Sequence record: NC_070993.1
Length of the DNA stretch: 64,000 nt
Reading direction: 5' to 3' (one strand)
Origin: Escherichia phage vB_EcoP_IMEP8
Of the stretch, positions 41,563 through 49,568 are shown in pieces. The position numbers and the translations under genes are program-made. Position 1 is the stretch's first letter. Every line of letters begins with the position of its first letter. The notes under the pieces are model-generated. The model was given only the letters and a program-made list of their open reading frames with translations, had not been told where the DNA came from and did not search any database.

Positions 41563-41751
41563 TTAAAACTCTGCTAAGTATTTAATATCAGAGGCATATA
41601 CCTCATCAAAGGAAATAACTTCTCCATTGTAAAGAAGTTCTATTTTCAGTATACCAGAGCATTTAGTGTCTTTAGAATCAACCCTGATAGAGAGCTTATC
41701 AACTATCTGAGCTTTAATCTCTTCTATCACTAACTCTTGAGTGTTATTCAC
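41563..41751 (-). CDS. hypothetical small protein, probable GTG start (62 aa)
   Basis: Track ORF (to 41811) overlaps the upstream gene; GTG at 41751 follows GGAGGG RBS. Confidence 0.35.
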   Translation of the reverse strand: MNNTQELVIEEIKAQIVDKLSIRVDSKDTKCSGILKIELLYNGEVISFDEVYASDIKYLAEF

Positions 41752-41929
41752 TCCACCCTCCCGGTGGTACAAAATCATCAGGAACATCAATGATAGTAGG
41801 TTCTCCATCATTCATGCAGGTGTCTTCATTGAACTCTTCACACTCAAAGCACGCTCGTTCGATATTTTTGTAGAAGTCAATGGTTGCTGAACCATCACCA
41901 CAATCTCGGATAACTAGAGCTACTTTCAC
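41744..41929 (-). CDS. hypothetical small Cys-containing protein (61 aa)
   Basis: ORF from track; start overlaps PhoH stop. Confidence 0.4.
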   Translation of the reverse strand: MKVALVIRDCGDGSATIDFYKNIERACFECEEFNEDTCMNDGEPTIIDVPDDFVPPGGWSE

Positions 41930-42669
41930 TTCTCTTGTCCTTTTTCCATTGCTTTAACAATAGCTTTACAGAAACCAGAACGAACAATGTCATCTGATTC
42001 GCCATCTACTATCTCAGCGAACTCATACAGATCATGTTCATCAATAAAGTTAGTAGCCCAAGTAAGACCACTCTCACGACCACGCATATCATGCTGGTTA
42101 GTATCACCCATGCAGAACAGCTGAGAGGTCTCTCCCAATCGAGTCATGATTGAGAAGGCTTCATCTTTAGTGGTGTTCTGGAACTCATCTACGATAACAA
42201 TAGCATCGTTGAAAGAACGACCACGGAGATACTCCAGAGGTACGAACTCAATATTACTGTTACCGAGCTGGCATTCATAGAACCCTTTACCATATCGCTG
42301 AGTAATAACATCAATGATAGGCATCAGGTAAGGTTCAAACTTCTCACGCATCCCTCCCGGAAGTAACCCAAGAGAGTTTCCCATACCAACTGAAGGTCGA
42401 CTCAGAATGATCTTCTGAATCTTACCACTCTTCAGTGCATCAATAACCGTGGAAGTGATTACAAAGGTCTTACCACAGCCCGCAGGAGCGTCTGTGAACA
42501 CAACTTGTTTAGTCTTGATAGCATTGAGCAGTTCAGACTGGAACTGGTTCTGAGGGACTACAGGTTTTGCTAAAACCACCTCTTCAAACTCTCGCTTACC
42601 CTTACGAGTGACAAGTGCTTCCCTACGAAGGTCTTTCCGTGATTCTTTCCGTGATTGACGACGACTCAT
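41926..42669 (-). CDS. phoH: PhoH-like ATPase (247 aa)
   Basis: P-loop DAPAGCGKT and PhoH signature PSVGMGNSLGLLPGGMREKFEPYLMPIIDV. Confidence 0.85.
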   Translation of the reverse strand: MSRRQSRKESRKDLRREALVTRKGKREFEEVVLAKPVVPQNQFQSELLNAIKTKQVVFTDAPAGCGKTFVITSTVIDALKSGKIQKIILSRPSVGMGNSLGLLPGGMREKFEPYLMPIIDVITQRYGKGFYECQLGNSNIEFVPLEYLRGRSFNDAIVIVDEFQNTTKDEAFSIMTRLGETSQLFCMGDTNQHDMRGRESGLTWATNFIDEHDLYEFAEIVDGESDDIVRSGFCKAIVKAMEKGQEK

Positions 42670-42851
42670 TTACGCTCTCCAATTTCTTCGTAATGACATT
42701 CAGTAGTTAAACAATCTTTACAGATTGCTGTATAAACCCTGACGTTAGTAAATCGTTTGTTCTTCCCTTTGGTTGGAGAGCCTTTAGCAAGCTCTCTGAT
42801 AACCTTGTTACTTAAGTGAAGGTTTGTCCCTTCACATCTAGAGCACTTCAT
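42666..42851 (-). CDS. small zinc-ribbon protein (61 aa)
   Basis: CSRC...CKDC...C pattern; overlaps neighbours by 4 nt. Confidence 0.45.
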   Translation of the reverse strand: MKCSRCEGTNLHLSNKVIRELAKGSPTKGKNKRFTNVRVYTAICKDCLTTECHYEEIGERK

Positions 42852-43090
42852 GATTTAAAAGGGTCATAATCTAGAGAATCCCACCCATAGTCTGAACCAT
42901 TGAGGTACTCACGTTTTAATCCAAAGTTTTCGTAATAGGGTTCACTAGGAATAGTGCTCCCTTTGGTTACATCCTTAACTTGACTGGAGGAGAAAAGATG
43001 AATCCCTTCAGTAGTTCTAGCAGAAGATTTCTCTCCTTTCTTAACCACTTTCCCCTTTTTAGCCCACTCTTTAAATGTTCTATATTGCAT
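42848..43090 (-). CDS. hypothetical protein (80 aa)
   Basis: ORF from track; operon-like packing. Confidence 0.4.
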   Translation of the reverse strand: MQYRTFKEWAKKGKVVKKGEKSSARTTEGIHLFSSSQVKDVTKGSTIPSEPYYENFGLKREYLNGSDYGWDSLDYDPFKS

Positions 43091-43099
43091 TAAATCTCC

Positions 43100-43300
43100 T
43101 TACCACAATGTCCATTCAGTAAGAGACCACAGAGAGTCGCCTATGTTGGCATTGTCCTTCATGATGAGGTCTTTGATTTTATCAACATCAGTTAAGTGAG
43201 TCACATTCAAAATATCCTCAACATCTGGGGCATATTTAAATATGGCAACAATACTGTTGTGATCTTCAGCATATCTTTCTAGAACATAAACTACACTCAC
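43100..43300 (-). CDS. hypothetical protein (66 aa)
   Basis: ORF from track. Confidence 0.4.
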   Translation of the reverse strand: MSVVYVLERYAEDHNSIVAIFKYAPDVEDILNVTHLTDVDKIKDLIMKDNANIGDSLWSLTEWTLW

Positions 43301-43503
43301 AAGGCATCAACCTCTTCCAGATACCACCACTTATACTCAATACCTTTACGACCACCACCATTCATAACCCAATGCATCATCTCATCAGGTATTCCAAAAG
43401 GTTTAAGTTTTTCGTAGTTAGGCTTTTCTAAGAACACAGCTTCAAAATACTCACCATCTTGATTATACTGGTTGATCGCTCTTGTTAGTACCCATACTTT
43501 CAT
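43297..43503 (-). CDS. hypothetical protein (68 aa from internal Met)
   Basis: Track ORF (43297-43704) overlaps upstream gene; ATG at 43503 gives a plausible product MKVWVLTRAINQYNQDGEYFEAVF... Confidence 0.35.
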   Translation of the reverse strand: MKVWVLTRAINQYNQDGEYFEAVFLEKPNYEKLKPFGIPDEMMHWVMNGGGRKGIEYKWWYLEEVDAL

Positions 43504-43819
43504 GATTCTTCTCTTTATGAAGCCTATAAACAGCTGTCGCCATACAAGCAACAGCTTCGTTGTGTGGGAGATGCATCCCTGTAGAACCATCCCAATCTTT
43601 AAACTCATTGTCAAAGACTCCAGTAGGCTCTGGATACAGAGTTTGCAACTCAACCAAATCGTTAGCAACTTGTTGCCATTTATCATCAGACCAGATAGGG
43701 TCATCCAACCAGTAATACAAATAGGAATGGATGATCAATTGCCTTCTGTGCCGATTAATTACTTCAGCGGGACTTATCTCACTTCCATTTGAAGTCCTAA
43801 ATGTATTACTGTCAATCAT
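43463..43819 (-). CDS. small protein with NAD-ligase domain-Ia-like motif (118 aa)
   Basis: HSYLYYWLDDPIWSDDKWQQVANDLVELQTLYPE resembles the N-terminal Ia helical domain of NAD-dependent DNA ligases, but the protein is far too short to be a ligase. Confidence 0.35.
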   Translation of the reverse strand: MIDSNTFRTSNGSEISPAEVINRHRRQLIIHSYLYYWLDDPIWSDDKWQQVANDLVELQTLYPEPTGVFDNEFKDWDGSTGMHLPHNEAVACMATAVYRLHKEKNHESMGTNKSDQPV

Positions 43820-44040
43820 TTCACAACCTTAGATTTGAACGTTGTTGGGTGATAGTAGTGCAACCTGTTGATGGTGTGCTTGGTTTCAAGATATATCCTA
43901 CAAGAGTGACACATGACATGAGACAGACCAGTCACAGGGTTGGGTTTGAAGTTGGCGATAGGCTTCTCTTTCTTACAGAAGCTACACATTTTCTTATCCA
44001 TCTTTTCTCCTGCTAATCCTCTGAGTTGTGGGAACAGCAA
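43816..44040 (-). CDS. small zinc-finger protein (74 aa)
   Basis: CSFC...CHSC motif pair. Confidence 0.4.
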   Translation of the reverse strand: MLFPQLRGLAGEKMDKKMCSFCKKEKPIANFKPNPVTGLSHVMCHSCRIYLETKHTINRLHYYHPTTFKSKVVK

Positions 44041-44146
44041 TATTCACATACTCCACAACAAGGGCAAATTTCTACACTTGGGTCATATGCATCATCAACC
44101 GTCATCCCACACTTAGTGCAGAACACATCGTCATCTTCTTCCAACA

Positions 44147-44803
44147 TTAATTCTCCAAAGTTTTCTTCAGAGCTGCCCACGAGATTGGGTAGAGTTTAGC
44201 CATCTCTTCATCCAGAGATTGAGCAAACACTCGAACTTCGTATTGAGCGTGAGAGGAGAGTCGCTGACGACATAACTCAAACCAGCCATATAAAGAACCA
44301 GTCCACACCCACTCAGTGATCATTCCCTGAGGAAGAACAAATCGAGCTTGCTCTGGTGCAATAAATTCAATCAACTTGTCATATGCTGCTAGAGAAGCTT
44401 CATATGCATTGTTAATCAGCATTAATGCTTCAGCTCGTTCTCCATCGATGAGTTGAACCCCTGAACCTGCATGGAGGTCCGAAGGTCTCGCAAAAATCTC
44501 TTTAGGGATGAAGACTTCAACTGCTCCATCTTTATACCGCCGGGACATTTCGTTCCACGAGAATCCAACCTGATGCTTGCCCAGCTGTCTCGCAATTGCG
44601 ATAGGTGCTTTGCATCGGAAACTGACTTGTGGGTGTCGGAATGGAGTAACATGCTTCTCTCTTGCGAGGAAGTTGATGAGACGTTCATCACGTTCATTTA
44701 AATCACCTTCACGGGTTACGCCAAAGGAAACTCGAGCTGCGTTTACTACGCTATGATCACTTCCCATAGCTTCGATTAATGTTGCTTGTAATTGTTCATT
44801 CAT
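44147..44803 (-). CDS. thyX: flavin-dependent thymidylate synthase ThyX-like (218 aa)
   Basis: HVTPFRH...KAPIAIARQ...NEMSRRY aligns with the ThyX core, but the canonical RHR triad position reads KHQ. Confidence 0.7.
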   Translation of the reverse strand: MNEQLQATLIEAMGSDHSVVNAARVSFGVTREGDLNERDERLINFLAREKHVTPFRHPQVSFRCKAPIAIARQLGKHQVGFSWNEMSRRYKDGAVEVFIPKEIFARPSDLHAGSGVQLIDGERAEALMLINNAYEASLAAYDKLIEFIAPEQARFVLPQGMITEWVWTGSLYGWFELCRQRLSSHAQYEVRVFAQSLDEEMAKLYPISWAALKKTLEN

Positions 44804-44818
44804 CCGTGAATATCCTTA

Positions 44819-45094
44819 TTATTTATTGCCCAGAGCTGTATCCAAAAACGCTTTCAGGTTTGCTTCAGTCTGCATACCAGAGAGGCTATAGTGTGCACCA
44901 CTATTACGGTCAGGTACCACGAAAGCAGGAATGCTTCGTACACCATACTTAACAGCTTGTTCACGACCATCACCCTCAAGGATGTTAATCTCTTCTACTT
45001 CTACATCAAACCCCTTAACAACCTTTTCAAAGGTAGGAGCCATTGCTTTACATGGAGCACACTGATCGCTATAGAACTTAATTACTTTAGACAT
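44819..45094 (-). CDS. thioredoxin (91 aa)
   Basis: CAPC active site in thioredoxin-fold context (FYSDQCAPCKAMAP). Confidence 0.8.
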   Translation of the reverse strand: MSKVIKFYSDQCAPCKAMAPTFEKVVKGFDVEVEEINILEGDGREQAVKYGVRSIPAFVVPDRNSGAHYSLSGMQTEANLKAFLDTALGNK

Positions 45095-45102
45095 GTAAAT
45101 CC

Positions 45103-45282
45103 TTATGCAGTCAGGAGGTGAAGTAGGAATGGGATAACAACAGCTACGACAACCATGATGGTTGATGCTGTTTGAATCTCACCTTTCTTATCAGGTGTTT
45201 CTTCAATAAGCTTACCAGAAGCCCAATAAATACCACCACCGATAAAGATAGCCCAAATACCCCATACGATTGCTGATAACAT
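45103..45282 (-). CDS. small two-TM membrane protein (59 aa), not in ORF track
   Basis: Hand translation MLSAIVWGIWAIFIGGGIYWASGKLIEETPDKKGEIQTASTIMVVVAVVIPFLLHLLTA; RBS AAGGA upstream. Confidence 0.45.
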   Translation of the reverse strand: MLSAIVWGIWAIFIGGGIYWASGKLIEETPDKKGEIQTASTIMVVVAVVIPFLLHLLTA

Positions 45283-45342
45283 ATATCTATATCCTTATAA
45301 ATAAGTTCGCCCCACCTCGGGTTAGGAGACAGGGCGGAGGTT

Positions 45343-45906
45343 TTAGTAAGACACATCACCACTTGAGTGGGACATGTTGCTCTTGACAAAGTAGCAATAC
45401 TTGCCAAGACCTTCATTAATTTCTTGAAGCATACTCTGATCAACTGGATAAGTGGCTAAATCACCATCAAACTCATCCATCTTCTCAATAATACACATCA
45501 AGGTCATGCACATATCAGAGAGCATACCGTCCATGTCTAGGTCAGCATTACCCTCTGAGAACCAAGCATGAGAAAGATAATTGGCTGCTGTAGCGTCCAC
45601 TTTAACACAGTGGTAACGCATACGTTCAGCAATACGATCTCCTACTTGTCGTGCGTAATCTTCCAGCTCATCAAACATACCATGAACACCCTGAAATCCT
45701 GCACCAGAGACGTTCCAGTGGTAGTTTTTAGCTTTGATATGCAAGAGTTCCATGTTAGCTTGTAAGCAGCTCAGGATGTGTTCTAGGCTGTTTCCACTAA
45801 TCATACCCTGCATCGTTTCGAGGCGAGAGATTGAAAGCTCAGACCGGTCTAACATATTATAGTCGGCACGACCAATCTCAGGTAAGTCAAAGACATTCTT
45901 ATGCAT
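45343..45906 (-). CDS. Dps-like ferritin-fold protein (about 187 aa)
   Basis: KNYHWNVSGAGFQGVHGMFDELEDYARQVGDRIAERM matches the Dps ferroxidase helix pair (compare E. coli Dps [20 protein letters not shown]...TMAERA). Confidence 0.65.
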   Translation of the reverse strand: MHKNVFDLPEIGRADYNMLDRSELSISRLETMQGMISGNSLEHILSCLQANMELLHIKAKNYHWNVSGAGFQGVHGMFDELEDYARQVGDRIAERMRYHCVKVDATAANYLSHAWFSEGNADLDMDGMLSDMCMTLMCIIEKMDEFDGDLATYPVDQSMLQEINEGLGKYCYFVKSNMSHSSGDVSY

Positions 45907-46228
45907 TTGGGTTATCTCCATCAAGTTCAACTGAATTAGCAACGTTACGTTCGATGTTTGCCATCACCTGCTGGGTAATTACGATGCAGTTCTGTGGGTC
46001 TACTGACTTAGAACGTCCCATTTCAGGGTCATACACCTTAACTCGCTTAGCAGTTGAACCTGTGACCTGAAGAACCTTCAACAGATACCCCTGATTACCA
46101 ATAGACCAAGCAACAACATCACGATTCTTGATAAAGCGACCAAGCATATCACGATGATAAAACTGTTGCATCACCTTGGATTTTGTAATCTCTTCAGTGG
46201 GCGGGGCCACTTTACTCAAATCTAACAT
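45899..46228 (-). CDS. hypothetical protein (109 aa)
   Basis: ORF from track; variant promoter-like motif AAATGTATA 40 nt upstream. Confidence 0.45.
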   Translation of the reverse strand: MLDLSKVAPPTEEITKSKVMQQFYHRDMLGRFIKNRDVVAWSIGNQGYLLKVLQVTGSTAKRVKVYDPEMGRSKSVDPQNCIVITQQVMANIERNVANSVELDGDNPNA

Positions 46229-46300
46229 AACTCTCTCCTGTAAAATACAAATTCTTATTGTACTCTATATACATTTGAGAGTTACCATATCTACTACCAA

Positions 46301-46510
46301 TCAGTAGTAAACATTCCGAGATAGCATACAAGTACCTTCTGAGAATTCAATCCAACGATGTATGCTAACATGTTCAACTGTACCGACCAGAGCTTTCATA
46401 TTCTTTTTAGCAATACGAGCATCTTTACGGGTGTCAAATAATTTGATATTATCTTTACCTAGATGGTGTCCATCTTCCCAAACAATACGAATAGCCCACA
46501 TCTTTTTCAT
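46301..46510 (-). CDS. small protein, member 3 of tandem paralog triplet (69 aa)
   Basis: Shares ...TR..AR...K...V...SIH...S.G...VYY pattern with two upstream ORFs. Confidence 0.45.
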   Translation of the reverse strand: MKKMWAIRIVWEDGHHLGKDNIKLFDTRKDARIAKKNMKALVGTVEHVSIHRWIEFSEGTCMLSRNVYY

Positions 46511-46719
46511 CAGTAATGTACCTTTCCGCTGACATAAACACGACCAGAGGAATACTCTCTGGCCTTATGGATGCTGATACTATTGACCACGTCACCAGTA
46601 AGCATAGTCTTTTTAAAATCTCGAGCTTGTTGGCGAGTTGGTAGTGCAGTCATAGTCATACCACCTGATGCCCACTTAATCTTTGCTAACCAAAACTGTC
46701 TCATAGTGATTGGTCTCAT
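46510..46719 (-). CDS. small protein, member 2 of tandem paralog triplet (69 aa)
   Basis: Same conserved pattern, ends ...VHY; 1-nt start/stop overlaps with neighbours. Confidence 0.45.
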   Translation of the reverse strand: MRPITMRQFWLAKIKWASGGMTMTALPTRQQARDFKKTMLTGDVVNSISIHKAREYSSGRVYVSGKVHY

Positions 46720-46916
46720 TAATAATAAACCTTGCTGTTGGCAAAAAGAGCACCTTCGTTATTCACAATAGCTTTTCCTATTGTAACCTTGTTAAGTCTA
46801 AAAGTAGACTTGTATTGATTTTTGACCCTACGTGCGTGATCTCGAGTCTTAACAAAATCTACAGCTACCAAGTCTCCAGTCATGTTATCATGTACACGAA
46901 CAATCCACTTTTTCAT
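46719..46916 (-). CDS. small protein, member 1 of tandem paralog triplet (65 aa)
   Basis: Same conserved pattern, ends ...VYY. Confidence 0.45.
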   Translation of the reverse strand: MKKWIVRVHDNMTGDLVAVDFVKTRDHARRVKNQYKSTFRLNKVTIGKAIVNNEGALFANSKVYY

Positions 46917-47119
46917 TTTACTAAACCCTTCATGTAGTCATAAAGATCAATCGAAGCTTTACCCCATTCAAAGTGCTTCTTATCCATATAGCTCTTACAA
47001 GCTTCTTTACTGCTTTCGACGCATGTATCAAATTGATGACATGCTCGACCAAATGTAATAGCTTTTAATTGAACCTCGGTAGTCAAACCTTTCAGTTCTT
47101 GGAACTCTTCTTCAGTCAT
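46913..47119 (-). CDS. hypothetical Cys-containing small protein (68 aa)
   Basis: ORF from track; 4-nt overlap with the triplet. Confidence 0.4.
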   Translation of the reverse strand: MTEEEFQELKGLTTEVQLKAITFGRACHQFDTCVESSKEACKSYMDKKHFEWGKASIDLYDYMKGLVK

Positions 47120-47653
47120 TTACACACCTTTAGATGCAACTACACCTTCAGAGTTATTATAACGACCCTTCACTGCATAAGAATGTTCCCCTGCATGAGA
47201 GTGCTCAAACATCACCATCTGACCAACACGCATACCAGCACGAACTCGTAAGCTATGGTGCTTTGTTACGTTATGGAACTCAAATGTCAGCTTACTGCTG
47301 TTAAATCCAGCGTCTGCCCATCCAGCATGTAGGTGGTTCAAACCACAACGAGCCATGGACGAACGCAAAACAAACAGACTTGAGATGTTATCTGGAAGAT
47401 TAAACTCCTCCATAGAGTGAGCCAAGAAGAACTGACCCGGAGTAATAACCAAACCCTCTTCAGGAATTTTTACTTCCTTCCACTGAAGATTCTCTTTCGC
47501 ATCAATATCAACGATGCCATCAGCCTGTTCTTCAACAAGGATAGTATCACCAATACGGATATCCACACTAGCAGCGTTAACATACTTATGCTCCGCATCC
47601 AGATAGCCATTGTCAATTACATCGTGTAGTTCAACACTTCCTAGTAAACTCAT
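47120..47653 (-). CDS. dCTP deaminase / dUTPase-superfamily enzyme (177 aa)
   Basis: SVDIRIGDTILV and GQFFLAHS...SSMARCGL segments typical of the dCTP deaminase/dUTPase beta-jellyroll family. Confidence 0.65.
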   Translation of the reverse strand: MSLLGSVELHDVIDNGYLDAEHKYVNAASVDIRIGDTILVEEQADGIVDIDAKENLQWKEVKIPEEGLVITPGQFFLAHSMEEFNLPDNISSLFVLRSSMARCGLNHLHAGWADAGFNSSKLTFEFHNVTKHHSLRVRAGMRVGQMVMFEHSHAGEHSYAVKGRYNNSEGVVASKGV

Positions 47654-47662
47654 TCTTATTCC

Positions 47663-49012
47663 TTAGTTATTTGTTTCCATGTCAAAAGAAATTCCACGAC
47701 CCGCTTCATCGGCAAACCGAACTGTACGGGTTTGAGGCTGCAATACTTCAGGGTTATCAGCAACAAAACGATCAGCGAGACTGCGACTGACAGTCTCAGC
47801 TAATTCACCATGAGAAGGGATATCAAGATCACCAACAGTGGAACTCTGAGCAGAGGCTTCATCAGTCCATACAGCCCTAACAGGTGCGTTGAAACTCTGA
47901 CCAGAGAACTGGTGACGGTTAACAGTCAAACCATTTGATTGATCATTAGAACGTCTAGACAACCACCGCTCAAATGAATCGCTAGTAACACCAAGAGCTT
48001 CTTCAAAAGATGTTCTACGAGTAGAGCTTAGGTTTCGTGCCTCTTGTGCTCGACGTCTTGCAGGTACTGCAAACACCCCTTCAATTGCATTGTGTCGGTT
48101 AGGTTCATCTTCCCGACCAAGCAGATCACCACCTGTGTTAGTTGTTAAGTTTGTCAATCCTTCAGACCAATACGCATGAATCTGGCTAGAGCCGTGAAGA
48201 TTTGACATAACCTGAATCTCTTCATAAGGTATACCAAAGAATCGACTCATATCTCGGTTAACACAATACTGAGCACTTGTTGTATCTTCAAGAAGAGCAA
48301 CCTGACCTAGTTCGTTGACCAGATGACTAACCGATTGAGGTGTGGGAAGATATCGAGTTTGGGCCATGTATTGATGTGCAACTGCTGGAGAGGAAAATCT
48401 CAACACTTGCGAGTTAGGCCACTTCTTGTGAACGTATCTGATTTCACGACTAGAAACAACCACCGGGCAAGGGGCGGTCATCGCCAAGTATCCATGAGAA
48501 GTCATGAATAGGCTGTCAAGAGTCATCGCACCACGGCACATCATAGGGAAATTGTCCATTACTTCTTCAATAGAAGTAGGATAGTTAAACATGAATTGAA
48601 TTCGGGTTCCGTTCCACTGGAACTCAATAATATCAGTGAAAGTTAATTGGGAACCTTCGGCATAAGTCTCATTCGTAGCTTCAGCCAGAAGGGAAGCATA
48701 CTCGATACCTTGTGATTCAAGCCACTCTTTCACATTACTTTCAATTTCTCTTCCAAGATCTTGCCAACGATCAGTTGGGATGAAATAGTTTTGGGTTCTT
48801 GGTGCCTGTCCTCTGACAATAAAGATATCAATGTCATGTGGAGCTGTGTTATTAAGTACAGCATCACGAACAGCCCCACCAGTAATGATGGGACAAATAC
48901 CGTCTGGAATCAAGTTGTTGTCAATTAATTGTTCAATGAAGTGACGACCAACAGTGATATCAGGTTGTTGAGCAACCTTATCTTCAATTCGGTTAATCGG
49001 GATAACAATCAT
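47663..49012 (-). CDS. tRNA nucleotidyltransferase / poly(A) polymerase-family (Pol-beta-like) enzyme (about 449 aa)
   Basis: Head-domain signature ITGGAVRDAVL...HDIDIFI (GGxVRD...DxD); ATG at 49012 immediately after the upstream stop. Confidence 0.65.
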   Translation of the reverse strand: MIVIPINRIEDKVAQQPDITVGRHFIEQLIDNNLIPDGICPIITGGAVRDAVLNNTAPHDIDIFIVRGQAPRTQNYFIPTDRWQDLGREIESNVKEWLESQGIEYASLLAEATNETYAEGSQLTFTDIIEFQWNGTRIQFMFNYPTSIEEVMDNFPMMCRGAMTLDSLFMTSHGYLAMTAPCPVVVSSREIRYVHKKWPNSQVLRFSSPAVAHQYMAQTRYLPTPQSVSHLVNELGQVALLEDTTSAQYCVNRDMSRFFGIPYEEIQVMSNLHGSSQIHAYWSEGLTNLTTNTGGDLLGREDEPNRHNAIEGVFAVPARRRAQEARNLSSTRRTSFEEALGVTSDSFERWLSRRSNDQSNGLTVNRHQFSGQSFNAPVRAVWTDEASAQSSTVGDLDIPSHGELAETVSRSLADRFVADNPEVLQPQTRTVRFADEAGRGISFDMETNN

Positions 49013-49013
49013 T

Positions 49014-49568
49014 TTACATTTTCCAATATAATGAAGGTGGGTCGTAAGGGTCAAATCCTGTGAGTTCACACAAGAAAAGATAAACCTTAACAGTTAAGTT
49101 AACGTCCTGTTCACAGTAAGTAAACATATCTTCAGTGAAAGCATCCCATGCTTCCTCTTGCTCACCGTAATCTCCTTTAAGTTCCTCTAAGAACTCACCC
49201 CATTGCTTCAAACCATGACCTCTTGGGCCATGTCTAGGGTCGCCTTTCGGATACTCAGGACTATCACCAATACGGTCAGGTTTAAGATATCGACTAAGAC
49301 ACAGAGTGTCAAAGACGTTAAAATGATATTTAATCAAAGATGGATACATCTTCTTCAGAGCACAAAGGTCGAAGTCAATGATGTTATGACCCACGAGCAC
49401 ATCAGCTTCTGTAAGTTTACGAATCCCATCTTCAATTTGGTGAGGCCGATAGCCCCACCTTTCACCAGTTTCAACATCGAATATGTAAATACACCACACT
49501 TTAGTTATGTCATCGTACAGTGCATTACTCTCGATATCAAATGCAAACACTTTCTTTTTCTTTACCAC
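49014..49568 (-). CDS. stand-alone 3'-5' exonuclease (DnaQ/DEDD-like; 184 aa)
   Basis: Exo I-like FAFDIESN and downstream acidic motifs ([18 protein letters not shown]). Confidence 0.65.
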   Translation of the reverse strand: MVKKKKVFAFDIESNALYDDITKVWCIYIFDVETGERWGYRPHQIEDGIRKLTEADVLVGHNIIDFDLCALKKMYPSLIKYHFNVFDTLCLSRYLKPDRIGDSPEYPKGDPRHGPRGHGLKQWGEFLEELKGDYGEQEEAWDAFTEDMFTYCEQDVNLTVKVYLFLCELTGFDPYDPPSLYWKM

